Source: Pyrinomonadaceae bacterium
GTDB lineage: Bacteria; Acidobacteriota; Blastocatellia; Pyrinomonadales; Pyrinomonadaceae
Assembly (NCBI GenBank): GCA_036387195.1
Contig: DASVUF010000006.1
Coordinates: 294 to 64,293, forward strand
Reading direction: 5' to 3'
DNA length: 64,000 nucleotides
The stretch's first letter is position 1, and the number at the start of each line of letters is the position of its first letter. Below, one piece after another: positions 1-9,316 of this stretch. A program made the translations under genes and the position numbers. The notes under the pieces are model-generated. The model was not told where the DNA came from and made no database searches. It was given only the letters and a program-made list of their open reading frames with translations.

Positions 1-4
1 GCGC

Positions 5-3000
5 GTGCTGCACAAGGCCCCGGCCGCCGGCGCGTGGGCCGCGTGGTGGGAGGTCTTGCCGACGCTGGCGAGCGGCGGCGCGCTGGTCATCGCCGAGGCC
101 GGCAGGGAGACGGACGCGGCCTACCTGTCGGCGCTCGTGCGCGAGCACGGGGTCAGCGTCGCCCACTTCGCGCCCGCGCTGCTGGAGGACTTTCTCGACG
201 AGTGCGGCGTCGCCTCGTGCGCGAGTCTGACGCACGTGCTCTGTAGCGGCGAGCCGCTCCCGCGCGGGTTGCAGGAAAGGTTCCGCGGCGCATCGGGCGC
301 GGAACTGCACAACCTGTACGCGCCGGCCGCGGCGGCCTTCGCGGCGGCGCACTGGGTCTGCCGCGCGGGGGACGGCGGGGGCGTCGCGCCCGCGGGTCGC
401 CCCATCGCCAACGGCCGCCTCTACGTGCTCGACGCCGACCTGCGGCCCGCGCCCGTGGGCGTGACGGGCAGGCTCTACTTAGGCGGCCTCGGCCCCGCGC
501 GCGGCTTCCTGAGCGAGGCCGGCGCGACGGGCGGCGGCTTCGTGGCCGACCCGTTCAGCCGGCGGCCCGGGGGCCGGCTGCTCGACACGGGCGAGGCGGC
601 CAGGTACAGGGCCGACGGCGGCGTCGAGCGCCTGGCCGACGCCGGCCCGCAGGTGAACATCAGGGGCTACGGCGTGGCGCTCAACGAGGTGGAGGCGCAC
701 CTGCGCGCCCACCCCGACGTCGCGCGCGCCGCGTGCCTCGCGGTTGACGACGGGCGCGGCGGCAGGCGGCTGGTCGCCTACCTCGTGCCCGCCGCCGGGC
801 ACGACCCGGAAGCGACGGCCGACGAGGCGCGCGCCTTCCTCGACGAGCGGCTGCCGGACTACGCCGTCCCGTCCGACTACGTGACGCTCGCGGCGCTGCC
901 GCTGGCGGCCGACGGCTCGCTCGACCGGGCCGCGCTGCCGGCGCCGGCCGAGGCCGGGGCGGCGGACGCCTTCGTCGCGCCCGTCACCGAGACGGAGCAG
1001 GTCATCGCGGCGCTCTGGCGCGAGCACCTCGGGGCCGACGGCGTCGGCGTCAACGACAACTTCTTCGACCTCGGCGGCCACTCGCTGCTGCTCGCGCAGC
1101 TCCACGTCAGACTCAACGAACTCTTCGGCGACGCGCTCACCATCATTGACCTGTTCAGGCACCCGACCATCAGCTCGCTCGCGGCGCGGCTGGGCGAGCG
1201 GCTGAAGGGCGCGGCCGGCGCCGCGGTCGTGTCGCGCGCCGCGCACGCGGCGGGGGCGCCCGCCGCCGCGCCCGCCGCGGTTGAAGCGCCGGAGAACGCC
1301 GTGGCAATCATCGGCATGGCCGTGCGCCTGCCGGGGTGCCGCAACGTCGCGGAGTTCTGGGAGAAGCTGAGGGCCGGGGCCGAACTCGTCTCGTTCTTCT
1401 CGGGCGAGGAGCTGGCGGCCGAGGGCGCTTCGCCCGAGCTGTTGAGCGACCCCAACTACGTCAGGGCGGCGGGCTTCCTCGCCGACGCCGACCACTTCGA
1501 CGCGCCCTTCTTCGGCATCCGCCCGCGCGAGGCCGAGGCGATTGACCCGCAGCAGCGGCAGTTCCTCGAATGCGCGTGGGAGGCGCTCGAAGACGCGTGC
1601 TACGACCCCGGGCGCTACGGGGGGCGCGTCGGCGTCTACGCCGGCGTCGGCATGAGCACCTACTTCAACCACGTCTCCTCCGACCCCGAACTGATGCGCG
1701 CGCTCGGCGGCTTCCAGGCCGTGCTCTCCAACGACAAAGACTTCCTGCCGATGCGCGTCAGCTACAAGCTGAACCTGCGCGGGCCGAGCGTCTCGGTGCA
1801 GACCTCGTGCTCGACCTCGCTCGTCGCCGTCCACACGGCCTGCCGGAGCCTGCTCGCCGGCGAGTGCGACATGGCGCTCGCCGGCGGGGTGACGATTCGC
1901 GCGCGCAAGCACGGCTACCTGCATCAGGAGGGCGGCATCACTTCGCCCGACGGCCGCTGCCGCGCCTTCGACGCCGCGGCGGCCGGGACGGTGCCGGGCA
2001 ACGGCGTCGGCATCGTCGTCCTCAAGCGCCTGCGCGACGCGCTCGCCGACGGCGACCGCGTCGAGGCCGTCATCCTCGGTTCGGCCATCAACAACGACGG
2101 CTCGCTGAAGGTCGGCTTCACGGCGCCCAGCATCGAGGGGCAGGCCGCGGTCATCGCCGGGGCGCACGCCGCGGCGGGCGTCTCGCCCGAGACGATCACC
2201 TACGTCGAGGCCCACGGCACGGGCACGGCCCTCGGCGACCCCATCGAGGTCGCGGCCCTCACGCAGGCCTTTCGCTCCCGCACGCACAAGAAGGCTTACT
2301 GCGGGCTCGGCTCGGTCAAGACCAACGTCGGGCACCTGGACGCGGCGGCGGGCGTGTGCGGCCTCGTGAAGACCGTGCTCGCGCTCAAGCACCGTGAGTT
2401 GCCGCCGAGCCTGCACTACCGCGAGGCCAACCCGCAGATTGATTTCGCGAGCACGCCTTTCTACGTCAACAACAGGCTGCGGCCGTGGGAGACGGCCGGC
2501 GCGCCGCGCCGCGCGGGCGTCAGCTCATTCGGCATCGGCGGCACCAACGCGCACGTCGTGCTCGAAGAGGCGCCCGCCGCGCCGCCCGACGCGGGCCCAG
2601 CCGACGGACCGCAACTGCTCGTCATCTCGGCCAAAACCCCGACCGCCCTCGACGCCGCGACGGCCAACCTGCGCGCCCACCTGAGGGGCGGCGGCGAGTT
2701 CTCCCTGCGCGACGCGGCCTACAGCCTTCAGGTCGGCCGCGCCGCGTTCGAGCACCGGCGCGTCGTCGTCGCGCGCGGCCGAGACGAAGCCGCCGCCGCC
2801 CTGGAAAGCCTCGACCCGCGCAAAGTCTCCACGGCTGTTGAGAAGCTGCGCGACCGGCCGGTGGCCTTCATCTTCCCCGGCCAGGGGGCGCAGCACGTCG
2901 GGATGGGCGCGGGGCTCTACGAGTCGCACCCCGTGTTCCGCGAGCAGGTGGACGGCTGCTGCGAGTTGCTCAAGCGCCACACGGGCACGGACCTGCGCGA

Positions 3001-4291
3001 AATCATCTACCCGCGCGGGGGGCGCGGCGAGGAGGCCGCGCGGCTCCTCGAACAGACGGCCAACGCGCAGCCGGCGCTCTTCGTCGTCGAGTACGCGGCG
3101 GCGCGGCTGTGGGGCGAGCTGGGCGTGCGGCCGCAGGCGATGCTCGGCCACAGCGTCGGCGAGTACGTCGCCGCCTGCCTCGCGGGCGTGTTCTCGCTGG
3201 AGGACGCGCTGATGCTGGTGGCCCGGCGCGGCCAGTTGGTGCAGTCGTTGCCGGCGGGCCGGATGCTCGCCGTCCACCTGCCCGAGCGCGAGCTGGGGCC
3301 GCTGCTCGGCGGCGGGCTCTGCGTCGCCGCCGTCAACGGCCCCGAACTCTGCGTCGTCTCCGGCCCGGCCGAAGCGGCCGAGGAGCTCTGCCGCGAGCTG
3401 GAGCGGCGCGAGGTCGAGTGCCACCCGCTCCACACCTCGCACGCGTTCCACTCGGAGATGGTCGAGCCTATCATCGCGCCCTTCGTCGAGCTGGTGAAGC
3501 AGGTGGAACTGAAGCCGCCGCGGACGCCCTACGTGTCGAACCTGACGGGGACGTGGGTCAAGCCCTCGCAGGCGATGGACCCGCACTACTGGGGCGACCA
3601 CCTGCGGCGCGTCGTCAGGTTCTCCGACGGGCTGCAAGACCTGCTCGCCGACGCGCGCGCCGCCGTCCTCGAAGTCGGCCCCGGCGCGGGCCTCGGCGGG
3701 CTGGTCAGGCGTCACCCGGCGCGGGCCGAGGGTCAGGAAGTCCTCGCCTCGATGCGCCGCCCGAAGGACCGGCAGAGCGATGAGGAGTTCCTGCTCCGCA
3801 CGCTCGGCGCGCTCTGGCTGAAGGGCGTGCGGGTCGAGTGGGCCGGCCTGTACGGCGGCGGCGCGCGCCCGCAAAGACTCCGCCTGCCCCTCTACCCCTT
3901 CGAGCGCCAACGCTACTGGGTCGCCCCGCCGGCGCCGAAGGCCGCGGAGTCGCGCCCGGCCGAAGGGGCGCGCGTGAACGGCAACGCCCCCGCCCGCGCC
4001 GAGGCCCCCGGCCACGTCGAGGCCCCCGCCCACGTCGAGCCCCACGCCACGGCGCCGTCGGCCCTCGTCCGCGTCGGGCCGCCGCCGGCCGCCGCGCCCG
4101 CCGCGCCGGTCGCGCCCGCCGCCACACATGTGCGGGCCGCGTCGCCGCCGCCCGGCGACGGGCACGCGCCGGAGCCGACGCCGACCCAGCAGATCATCGC
4201 ACAGCAATTACGCATCAGCGCCGCGCAGTTGAGACTCATGCGGCTGCAACTTGAGACTTTGCGCCACGGCAACGGCAGGAACGGCCGCTGA
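5..4291 (+). CDS. Hybrid NRPS-PKS megasynthase, 5'-truncated at the window edge: degenerate A domain - PCP - KS - AT (malonyl-type)
   Basis: The ORF is open to the window start. PCP 'FFDLGGHSLL' (Ser codon 1082-1084). KS 'VQTSCSTSLVAVH' (Cys 1808-1810), 'EAHGTGTALGDP', 'KTNVGHLDAAAG'. AT 'GHSVGEY' (Ser 3152-3154) and 'HAFH' (3440-3451). A Pro/Ala-rich tail is followed by a terminal helix motif at 4187-4264. Confidence 0.95.
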   Translation: MLHKAPAAGAWAAWWEVLPTLASGGALVIAEAGRETDAAYLSALVREHGVSVAHFAPALLEDFLDECGVASCASLTHVLCSGEPLPRGLQERFRGASGAELHNLYAPAAAAFAAAHWVCRAGDGGGVAPAGRPIANGRLYVLDADLRPAPVGVTGRLYLGGLGPARGFLSEAGATGGGFVADPFSRRPGGRLLDTGEAARYRADGGVERLADAGPQVNIRGYGVALNEVEAHLRAHPDVARAACLAVDDGRGGRRLVAYLVPAAGHDPEATADEARAFLDERLPDYAVPSDYVTLAALPLAADGSLDRAALPAPAEAGAADAFVAPVTETEQVIAALWREHLGADGVGVNDNFFDLGGHSLLLAQLHVRLNELFGDALTIIDLFRHPTISSLAARLGERLKGAAGAAVVSRAAHAAGAPAAAPAAVEAPENAVAIIGMAVRLPGCRNVAEFWEKLRAGAELVSFFSGEELAAEGASPELLSDPNYVRAAGFLADADHFDAPFFGIRPREAEAIDPQQRQFLECAWEALEDACYDPGRYGGRVGVYAGVGMSTYFNHVSSDPELMRALGGFQAVLSNDKDFLPMRVSYKLNLRGPSVSVQTSCSTSLVAVHTACRSLLAGECDMALAGGVTIRARKHGYLHQEGGITSPDGRCRAFDAAAAGTVPGNGVGIVVLKRLRDALADGDRVEAVILGSAINNDGSLKVGFTAPSIEGQAAVIAGAHAAAGVSPETITYVEAHGTGTALGDPIEVAALTQAFRSRTHKKAYCGLGSVKTNVGHLDAAAGVCGLVKTVLALKHRELPPSLHYREANPQIDFASTPFYVNNRLRPWETAGAPRRAGVSSFGIGGTNAHVVLEEAPAAPPDAGPADGPQLLVISAKTPTALDAATANLRAHLRGGGEFSLRDAAYSLQVGRAAFEHRRVVVARGRDEAAAALESLDPRKVSTAVEKLRDRPVAFIFPGQGAQHVGMGAGLYESHPVFREQVDGCCELLKRHTGTDLREIIYPRGGRGEEAARLLEQTANAQPALFVVEYAAARLWGELGVRPQAMLGHSVGEYVAACLAGVFSLEDALMLVARRGQLVQSLPAGRMLAVHLPERELGPLLGGGLCVAAVNGPELCVVSGPAEAAEELCRELERREVECHPLHTSHAFHSEMVEPIIAPFVELVKQVELKPPRTPYVSNLTGTWVKPSQAMDPHYWGDHLRRVVRFSDGLQDLLADARAAVLEVGPGAGLGGLVRRHPARAEGQEVLASMRRPKDRQSDEEFLLRTLGALWLKGVRVEWAGLYGGGARPQRLRLPLYPFERQRYWVAPPAPKAAESRPAEGARVNGNAPARAEAPGHVEAPAHVEPHATAPSALVRVGPPPAAAPAAPVAPAATHVRAASPPPGDGHAPEPTPTQQIIAQQLRISAAQLRLMRLQLETLRHGNGRNGR

Positions 4292-4338
4292 GCGCCGGCC
4301 GGCGCACGCGGGGGCAGGGAACAAGGGAAGGAGCAGAA

Positions 4339-7300
4339 TTGAACATGTCAGCTGCGAAGCTTGTCGAGGCGTCGGCGGGGACACGCCGCGCGCTCATCGT
4401 GTCGAAGCTCTCGGAGATGTTCGCGCGCCTGTTCGGCTCGGGGGCGCAGGAGGCGCCGACCGACGTCCCGCTCATCGAGTTGGGCGTGGACTCGCTCTTC
4501 CTCCTTCAGACCAGTCAGGTGATTAAGAGCGAGTTCGGCGTCAAGATACCTTTCCGCCTTCTGCTCGAAGAGCTTTCCACCATCGAGGCCGTCGCCGAGC
4601 ACCTGGACCAACGCCTCCCCGCAGACTTCGGTCAGACCGCGCCGCCGGCGCCGGCCCCTGCCGCCGCGCCGGCCGCACAAGCCGCCGCGCCGCCGCCGCC
4701 CGCGGAGTCGCGTGAGACGCCCGCGGAGTCGAGGGAGACGCCCGCCCCGGCGCGCGCGGAGATCGTCAGGGCGAGCGGCGAGCCGACGCGCGCGCAGGCG
4801 GCCCGCGAGCCGGTCGCAGAGTTCGCGCCGGCGCGCTTCGCCGCGCCCGACGGCGACGAAGTGGACGGCGCCGCCGTCGAGCTCGGCGGGTCGCCGGCGA
4901 CGGCCCTCCAGCACATCGTCGCGCAGCAGTTGAGGATAAGCGAAGACCAGCTCAGGCTGATGTCCTTGCAGTTGGAGTTGCTGCGCGGCGACGCTTCACA
5001 CCAGCCGGCCGCGGACTTTCAGGACGCCCGCCCGGCGCCCGAGCCGGCCGCGCCGCCGCTTCCGCCGCCCGCCGCCGACGGCGACGGCTCGGGCGCCTCC
5101 GCGCCGTCCCCCGCCTCCGCCGCGCCGGCGCCAGCCTCCGCGCGCGCCGCGGCTTCGCCGGCCGCCCGACCGCAGGCCGAGCCGGAAACCTTCGTCCCAC
5201 ACAAGCCCCTCAGCAGGACGGCCGGCGCGCTCGACGAGAGGCAGCGCCGCCACCTCGACGCGCTCATCGCGCGCCTCAACGCGCGGACGGGCGAGTCGAA
5301 GCGCCTGACCGAGCGTTACCGGCCGCGGCTCGCCAACAAGCGGGCCTCGGCCGGTTACAGGCAGTTGTGGAAGGAATTGATCTACCCGCTCAACATCCGG
5401 CGCGGTCAGGGTTCGCGCGTCTGGGACGTGGACGGCCACGAGTACGTTGACCTGACGATGGGCTTCGGCGCGCTCCTCTTCGGCCACTCGCCGGACTTCA
5501 TCGTCCGCGCGGTGCAGGAGCAGCTCAAGGAAGGCATTCAAATCGGCGCGCACACGCCGCTCACCGGCGAGGTCGCCGAACTCATCTGCGAGCTGACGGG
5601 CGTCGAGCGCGTGGCCTTCTGCAACTCGGGGACCGAGGCCGTGATGGCTTCGCTCAGGCTCGCGCGCGCCGTCACGGGGCGCAGCCGTGTCGCGCTCTTC
5701 GAGGGCTGCTACCACGGCACCTTCGACGGCATCATGGTCAGGGGCGAGGCCGGGCCCGGCGGCCGGCTCTGCGCCCTCCCGATGGCGCCCGGCGTCCCGC
5801 AGAAGATGGTCGAGGACGTGCTGCTCCTCAAGTACAACAGCCCGGAATCGCTCGCCCTGCTCAGGGAGCAGGCGCACGAGCTGGCCGCAGTCCTCATCGA
5901 GCCGCCGCGCAGCCGCCGCCCCGACGTCCAGCCGCAGGAGTTCCTCCGCGAGTTGAGGGCCATCACCGAGGAGGCGGGCGCCGCCCTCATCTTCGACGAG
6001 GTGGTGACGGGCTTCCGCTTCCACCCCGGCGGCGCGCAGGCCATGTTCGGCATCAAGGCCGACCTCGTCACCTACGGCAAGGCGGTCGGCGGCGGGATGC
6101 CCGTCGCCGTCGTCGCCGGCAAGGCCGCCTTCATGGACGCCGTGGACGGGGGCGCGTGGAACTACGGCGACGCCTCGTTCCCCGAGGCCGACATCACCTT
6201 CATGACGGGCACATACTTCCAGCACCCCGTCATCATGGCGGCCCTCCGCGCCGCGCTCCGACACATCAGGGAGCAGGGCCCGGCGTTGCAGGAGCGGCTG
6301 GCGGAGAAGACGACCCGCATCGCCGAAGCCCTCAACGCCTTCTTCGACCGGCGGGGCGCGCCGCTGCGCGTCGTCTACATGGGCTCGCTCTTTCGCCTCC
6401 TCCACCCGGCCGACATCAGGGACATTGACCTCATCTACTACCACCTGCTGGAGAAGGGCGTCTTCATCAGCGAGACGCGCAACTGCCTGCTCTCGACGGC
6501 GCACACGGACGAAGACGTCGAGCACGTCATCCGCGCCTTCCAGGAGAGCACGGACGAGATGATAGAAGGCGGCTTCCTCCCCGTGTCGCCCGCCGGGCGC
6601 CCGACCGGCGGCGGAGACGACGCCGGCAAGGCGCCGCCCGCGCCGTCGCACGCGCCGGGCCCGGCGCTGCGCGCCGTGCCGTCGCCGGCCGCGCCCGCCG
6701 CGCCGGCCGCCGCCGGCCCCGGCGCGCCGGCCCGCCTGCCGCTGACCGCCGGGCAGAAGCAGATTTGGGCGCTCGCCAACATGGACGACGAGGGCGGCCG
6801 CGCCTACAACCAGTCGTTCGCCCTGCACCTGCGCGGGCCGCTGGACGCCGCCGCGTTAACCGACTCACTGCGCAGGGTCGTGGCCCGGCACGAGGCGCTG
6901 CGCGCGACCTTCAGCCCCGACGGCGACTACCAGGAGATTGCGCCCGCGGTCGAACTCGACATCCCCGCGTTCGACCTCGCGGACCTGCGCGACGGCCGGC
7001 GCGAGGCGCGGCTGGCGGCGCTGCTCGAAGAGGTGGGGCGCGAGTCGTTCGACCTGGCGCGGGGGCCGCTGCTGCGCGCGCGGCTGCTGCGCCTCGCCGC
7101 CGACCACCACCTCCTCGCCGTCACGATGCACCACATCGTCTCGGACGGGTGGTCAATGGGCATCATCCTCCGAGAGCTTGAGGAGTTCTACGCCGCCGCC
7201 CGCGAGGGGCGCGCGCCCTCGCTCCCGCCGGCGGACAGCTTCGCCGAGTACGCCGCGGCCGAGGCCGCCGACCCGTCCGAGCTGGAGGCGGCCGGGCAGT

Positions 7301-8136
7301 ACTGGCTCGGCCGGCTCGCCGGGCCGCTGCCCGTCCTGAACCTCCCGACCGACCGGCCGCGCTCGGCCGTGCAGACCTACGCCGGGGCGCAGCGGCACAT
7401 GGCGCTCGACGACGCGCTCCACCCCGCGCTCAAGCGGTTGAGCGCGGCGCGGGGCTGCACGCTGTTCATGACGCTCCTCGCGGGCTTCAAGGTCTTGCTG
7501 CATCACCTCACCGACCAGGAGGACGTCATCGTCGGCACGCCGGCCGCCGGGCAGCTCGCGGCCGAGAGGCTCAACCTCGTCGGCTACTGCGTCAACCTCC
7601 TGCCGCTGCGCAGCCGCGTCGCCGACGAGATGAGCTTCGCCGAGTACCTCGACTCGCTCAAGAACGTGCTCGCCGGGGCCTACGACCACCAGCAATACCC
7701 TTACGGCAAGCTCCTCAAGCAGCTCAACCTGCCGCGCGCGCCGGGGCGCTCGCCACTCGTCGAGGCCGTCTTCAACGTGGACCGCGGCGGCTCCAGCCGG
7801 AAGTTCTTCGACCTCGAGATGGAGGTGCGGCCGAACCACAACAGCTCCTCGAAATTCGACCTCACGATGGACGTGACCGAGGGCGACGGCCGGCTCGCGC
7901 TCGATTGCGAGTACAACACCGCCCTCTTCAGCGACGAGACGGCGCGCCAGTGGATGGAGCACTACGAGGCCGTCATGCGCGCGGCGGCGTCCGACCCGCA
8001 CGCCCGCCTCGCCGACGTGCGCGAGGCGCTGCGCGAGGACGAGAGGCGGGGCCGGAGCGACCGCCACCGCCAACTCCAGCACACTCAGCTCAAGAGGTTC
8101 CAGACGGCGAAGCGGAGGGCGCTCCGCGCCTCCTGA
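4339..8136 (+). CDS. PKS/NRPS bridge protein: ACP - class-III (GSA-type) aminotransferase domain - condensation domain
   Basis: Carrier 'ELGVDSLFLLQ' (Ser 4492-4494). Aminotransferase 'GFGALLFGHSP', 'CNSGTEAVM', 'IFDEVVTGFR', 'TYGKAVGGGMP' (Lys 6079-6081). C domain 'MHHIVSDGWS' (7126-7155). AGGAG lies at 4329-4333; the start may be TTG 4339 or ATG 4345. Confidence 0.93.
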   Translation: MNMSAAKLVEASAGTRRALIVSKLSEMFARLFGSGAQEAPTDVPLIELGVDSLFLLQTSQVIKSEFGVKIPFRLLLEELSTIEAVAEHLDQRLPADFGQTAPPAPAPAAAPAAQAAAPPPPAESRETPAESRETPAPARAEIVRASGEPTRAQAAREPVAEFAPARFAAPDGDEVDGAAVELGGSPATALQHIVAQQLRISEDQLRLMSLQLELLRGDASHQPAADFQDARPAPEPAAPPLPPPAADGDGSGASAPSPASAAPAPASARAAASPAARPQAEPETFVPHKPLSRTAGALDERQRRHLDALIARLNARTGESKRLTERYRPRLANKRASAGYRQLWKELIYPLNIRRGQGSRVWDVDGHEYVDLTMGFGALLFGHSPDFIVRAVQEQLKEGIQIGAHTPLTGEVAELICELTGVERVAFCNSGTEAVMASLRLARAVTGRSRVALFEGCYHGTFDGIMVRGEAGPGGRLCALPMAPGVPQKMVEDVLLLKYNSPESLALLREQAHELAAVLIEPPRSRRPDVQPQEFLRELRAITEEAGAALIFDEVVTGFRFHPGGAQAMFGIKADLVTYGKAVGGGMPVAVVAGKAAFMDAVDGGAWNYGDASFPEADITFMTGTYFQHPVIMAALRAALRHIREQGPALQERLAEKTTRIAEALNAFFDRRGAPLRVVYMGSLFRLLHPADIRDIDLIYYHLLEKGVFISETRNCLLSTAHTDEDVEHVIRAFQESTDEMIEGGFLPVSPAGRPTGGGDDAGKAPPAPSHAPGPALRAVPSPAAPAAPAAAGPGAPARLPLTAGQKQIWALANMDDEGGRAYNQSFALHLRGPLDAAALTDSLRRVVARHEALRATFSPDGDYQEIAPAVELDIPAFDLADLRDGRREARLAALLEEVGRESFDLARGPLLRARLLRLAADHHLLAVTMHHIVSDGWSMGIILRELEEFYAAAREGRAPSLPPADSFAEYAAAEAADPSELEAAGQYWLGRLAGPLPVLNLPTDRPRSAVQTYAGAQRHMALDDALHPALKRLSAARGCTLFMTLLAGFKVLLHHLTDQEDVIVGTPAAGQLAAERLNLVGYCVNLLPLRSRVADEMSFAEYLDSLKNVLAGAYDHQQYPYGKLLKQLNLPRAPGRSPLVEAVFNVDRGGSSRKFFDLEMEVRPNHNSSSKFDLTMDVTEGDGRLALDCEYNTALFSDETARQWMEHYEAVMRAAASDPHARLADVREALREDERRGRSDRHRQLQHTQLKRFQTAKRRALRAS
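4702..4743 (+). repeat. In-frame 21-nt tandem duplication (AESRETP x2) inside a Pro/Ala-rich inter-domain linker
   Basis: 'gcggagtcgcgtgagacgccc gcggagtcgagggagacgccc'. Confidence 0.85.
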
Positions 8137-8179
8137 GAGGTGCCGCGCCCCGACGACACCCCTCGGAGGAGAGCCGGGC

Positions 8180-9247
8180 ATGAGCAGCACAGAGAGCAAG
8201 CCGGCGGGCGCGCCGCCCTTCGGCGGCGTCAGGCGGCGCGCCGTCAGCGCGGAGGGGGCGTCGTGGGTCAGGGCGGAGCCGCCGGCCGGAGGCGGGCGCG
8301 GGCCCGTCGTCCTCTCGCCGGCCGTCGCCGACGTGAACCTCGTCTCGTGGGCGGGCGAGCACCGCGCGCTGATAGAAGGCCACCTGCTCAGGCACGGGGC
8401 GGCGCTCTTCCGCGGCTTCGAGGTGGGGGGGGCCGAGGGCTTCGAGCAGTTCATCCGGGCCGTCTCCGGCGAGCCGCTCGAATACCGCGAGCGCTCGTCG
8501 CCGCGCCACCAGGTTCACGGGCGCGTCTACACCTCGACGGACTACCCCGCGCACCAGCGCATCTTCCCCCACAACGAGAACTCGTACCAGCACGTCTGGC
8601 CGATGAAGCTCTTCTTCTTCTGCCGGACGCCGGCCGAGCGCGGCGGCGAGACGCCGACCACCGACACACGCGAACTCCTCCGCCTCCTGAACCCGGCCAC
8701 CGTGGCGCGCTTCGCCGAGCGGGGCTGCATGTACGTGCGCAACTTCGACGACCAGTTCGGGCTCCCCTGGCAGACCGTCTTCCAGACCGACGACCCGGCC
8801 GAGGCCGAGGGTTATTGCCGCGCCGCCGGCATCTCCGCCGAATGGGTGGGCGGGGGCCGGCTGCGGACGCGCGCCGTGCGCCCGGCGGTCGCCGCGCACC
8901 CCCTGACGGGCGAGCGCGTCTGGTTCAACCACGTCGCCTTCTTTCACGTCTCGACGCTCGACCCGCCCATCCGCGACGGCCTGCTGGCGACGATGAGCGA
9001 GGACGAGCTGCCCTCGAACACTTATTACGGGGACGGCTCGCCCATCGAGCCCGAAGTGCTCGACGAAATACGCGACGCCTACCGCCGCGCGACCGTCTCC
9101 TTCCCGTGGCGGCGCGGCGACCTCCTGCTGCTCGACAACATGCTGACGGCCCACTCGCGCGAGCCCTACGAGGGGCGGCGCGAAGTCCTCGTCGGGATGT
9201 CGGAGCCTCACGGGCCGGGGGCGGCGGCGGGGGCGCCGCCGGCGTGA
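8180..9247 (+). CDS. TauD/TfdA-family Fe(II)/2-oxoglutarate dioxygenase, SyrP-like NRPS-associated beta-hydroxylase
   Basis: 'YPAHQRIFPHNENSYQ' (His-x-acidic metal site), 'WFNHVAFFH', 'LLLLDNMLTAHSREPY' (distal His/Arg). It sits between NRPS genes. Confidence 0.85.
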   Translation: MSSTESKPAGAPPFGGVRRRAVSAEGASWVRAEPPAGGGRGPVVLSPAVADVNLVSWAGEHRALIEGHLLRHGAALFRGFEVGGAEGFEQFIRAVSGEPLEYRERSSPRHQVHGRVYTSTDYPAHQRIFPHNENSYQHVWPMKLFFFCRTPAERGGETPTTDTRELLRLLNPATVARFAERGCMYVRNFDDQFGLPWQTVFQTDDPAEAEGYCRAAGISAEWVGGGRLRTRAVRPAVAAHPLTGERVWFNHVAFFHVSTLDPPIRDGLLATMSEDELPSNTYYGDGSPIEPEVLDEIRDAYRRATVSFPWRRGDLLLLDNMLTAHSREPYEGRREVLVGMSEPHGPGAAAGAPPA

Positions 9248-9316
9248 GCGCCCTCCGGGGCGCGGGCGGCGCTTGCGCGCGCGCGGCGACGAAATTCTGA
9301 GAAAGGGGTTTAGGGG

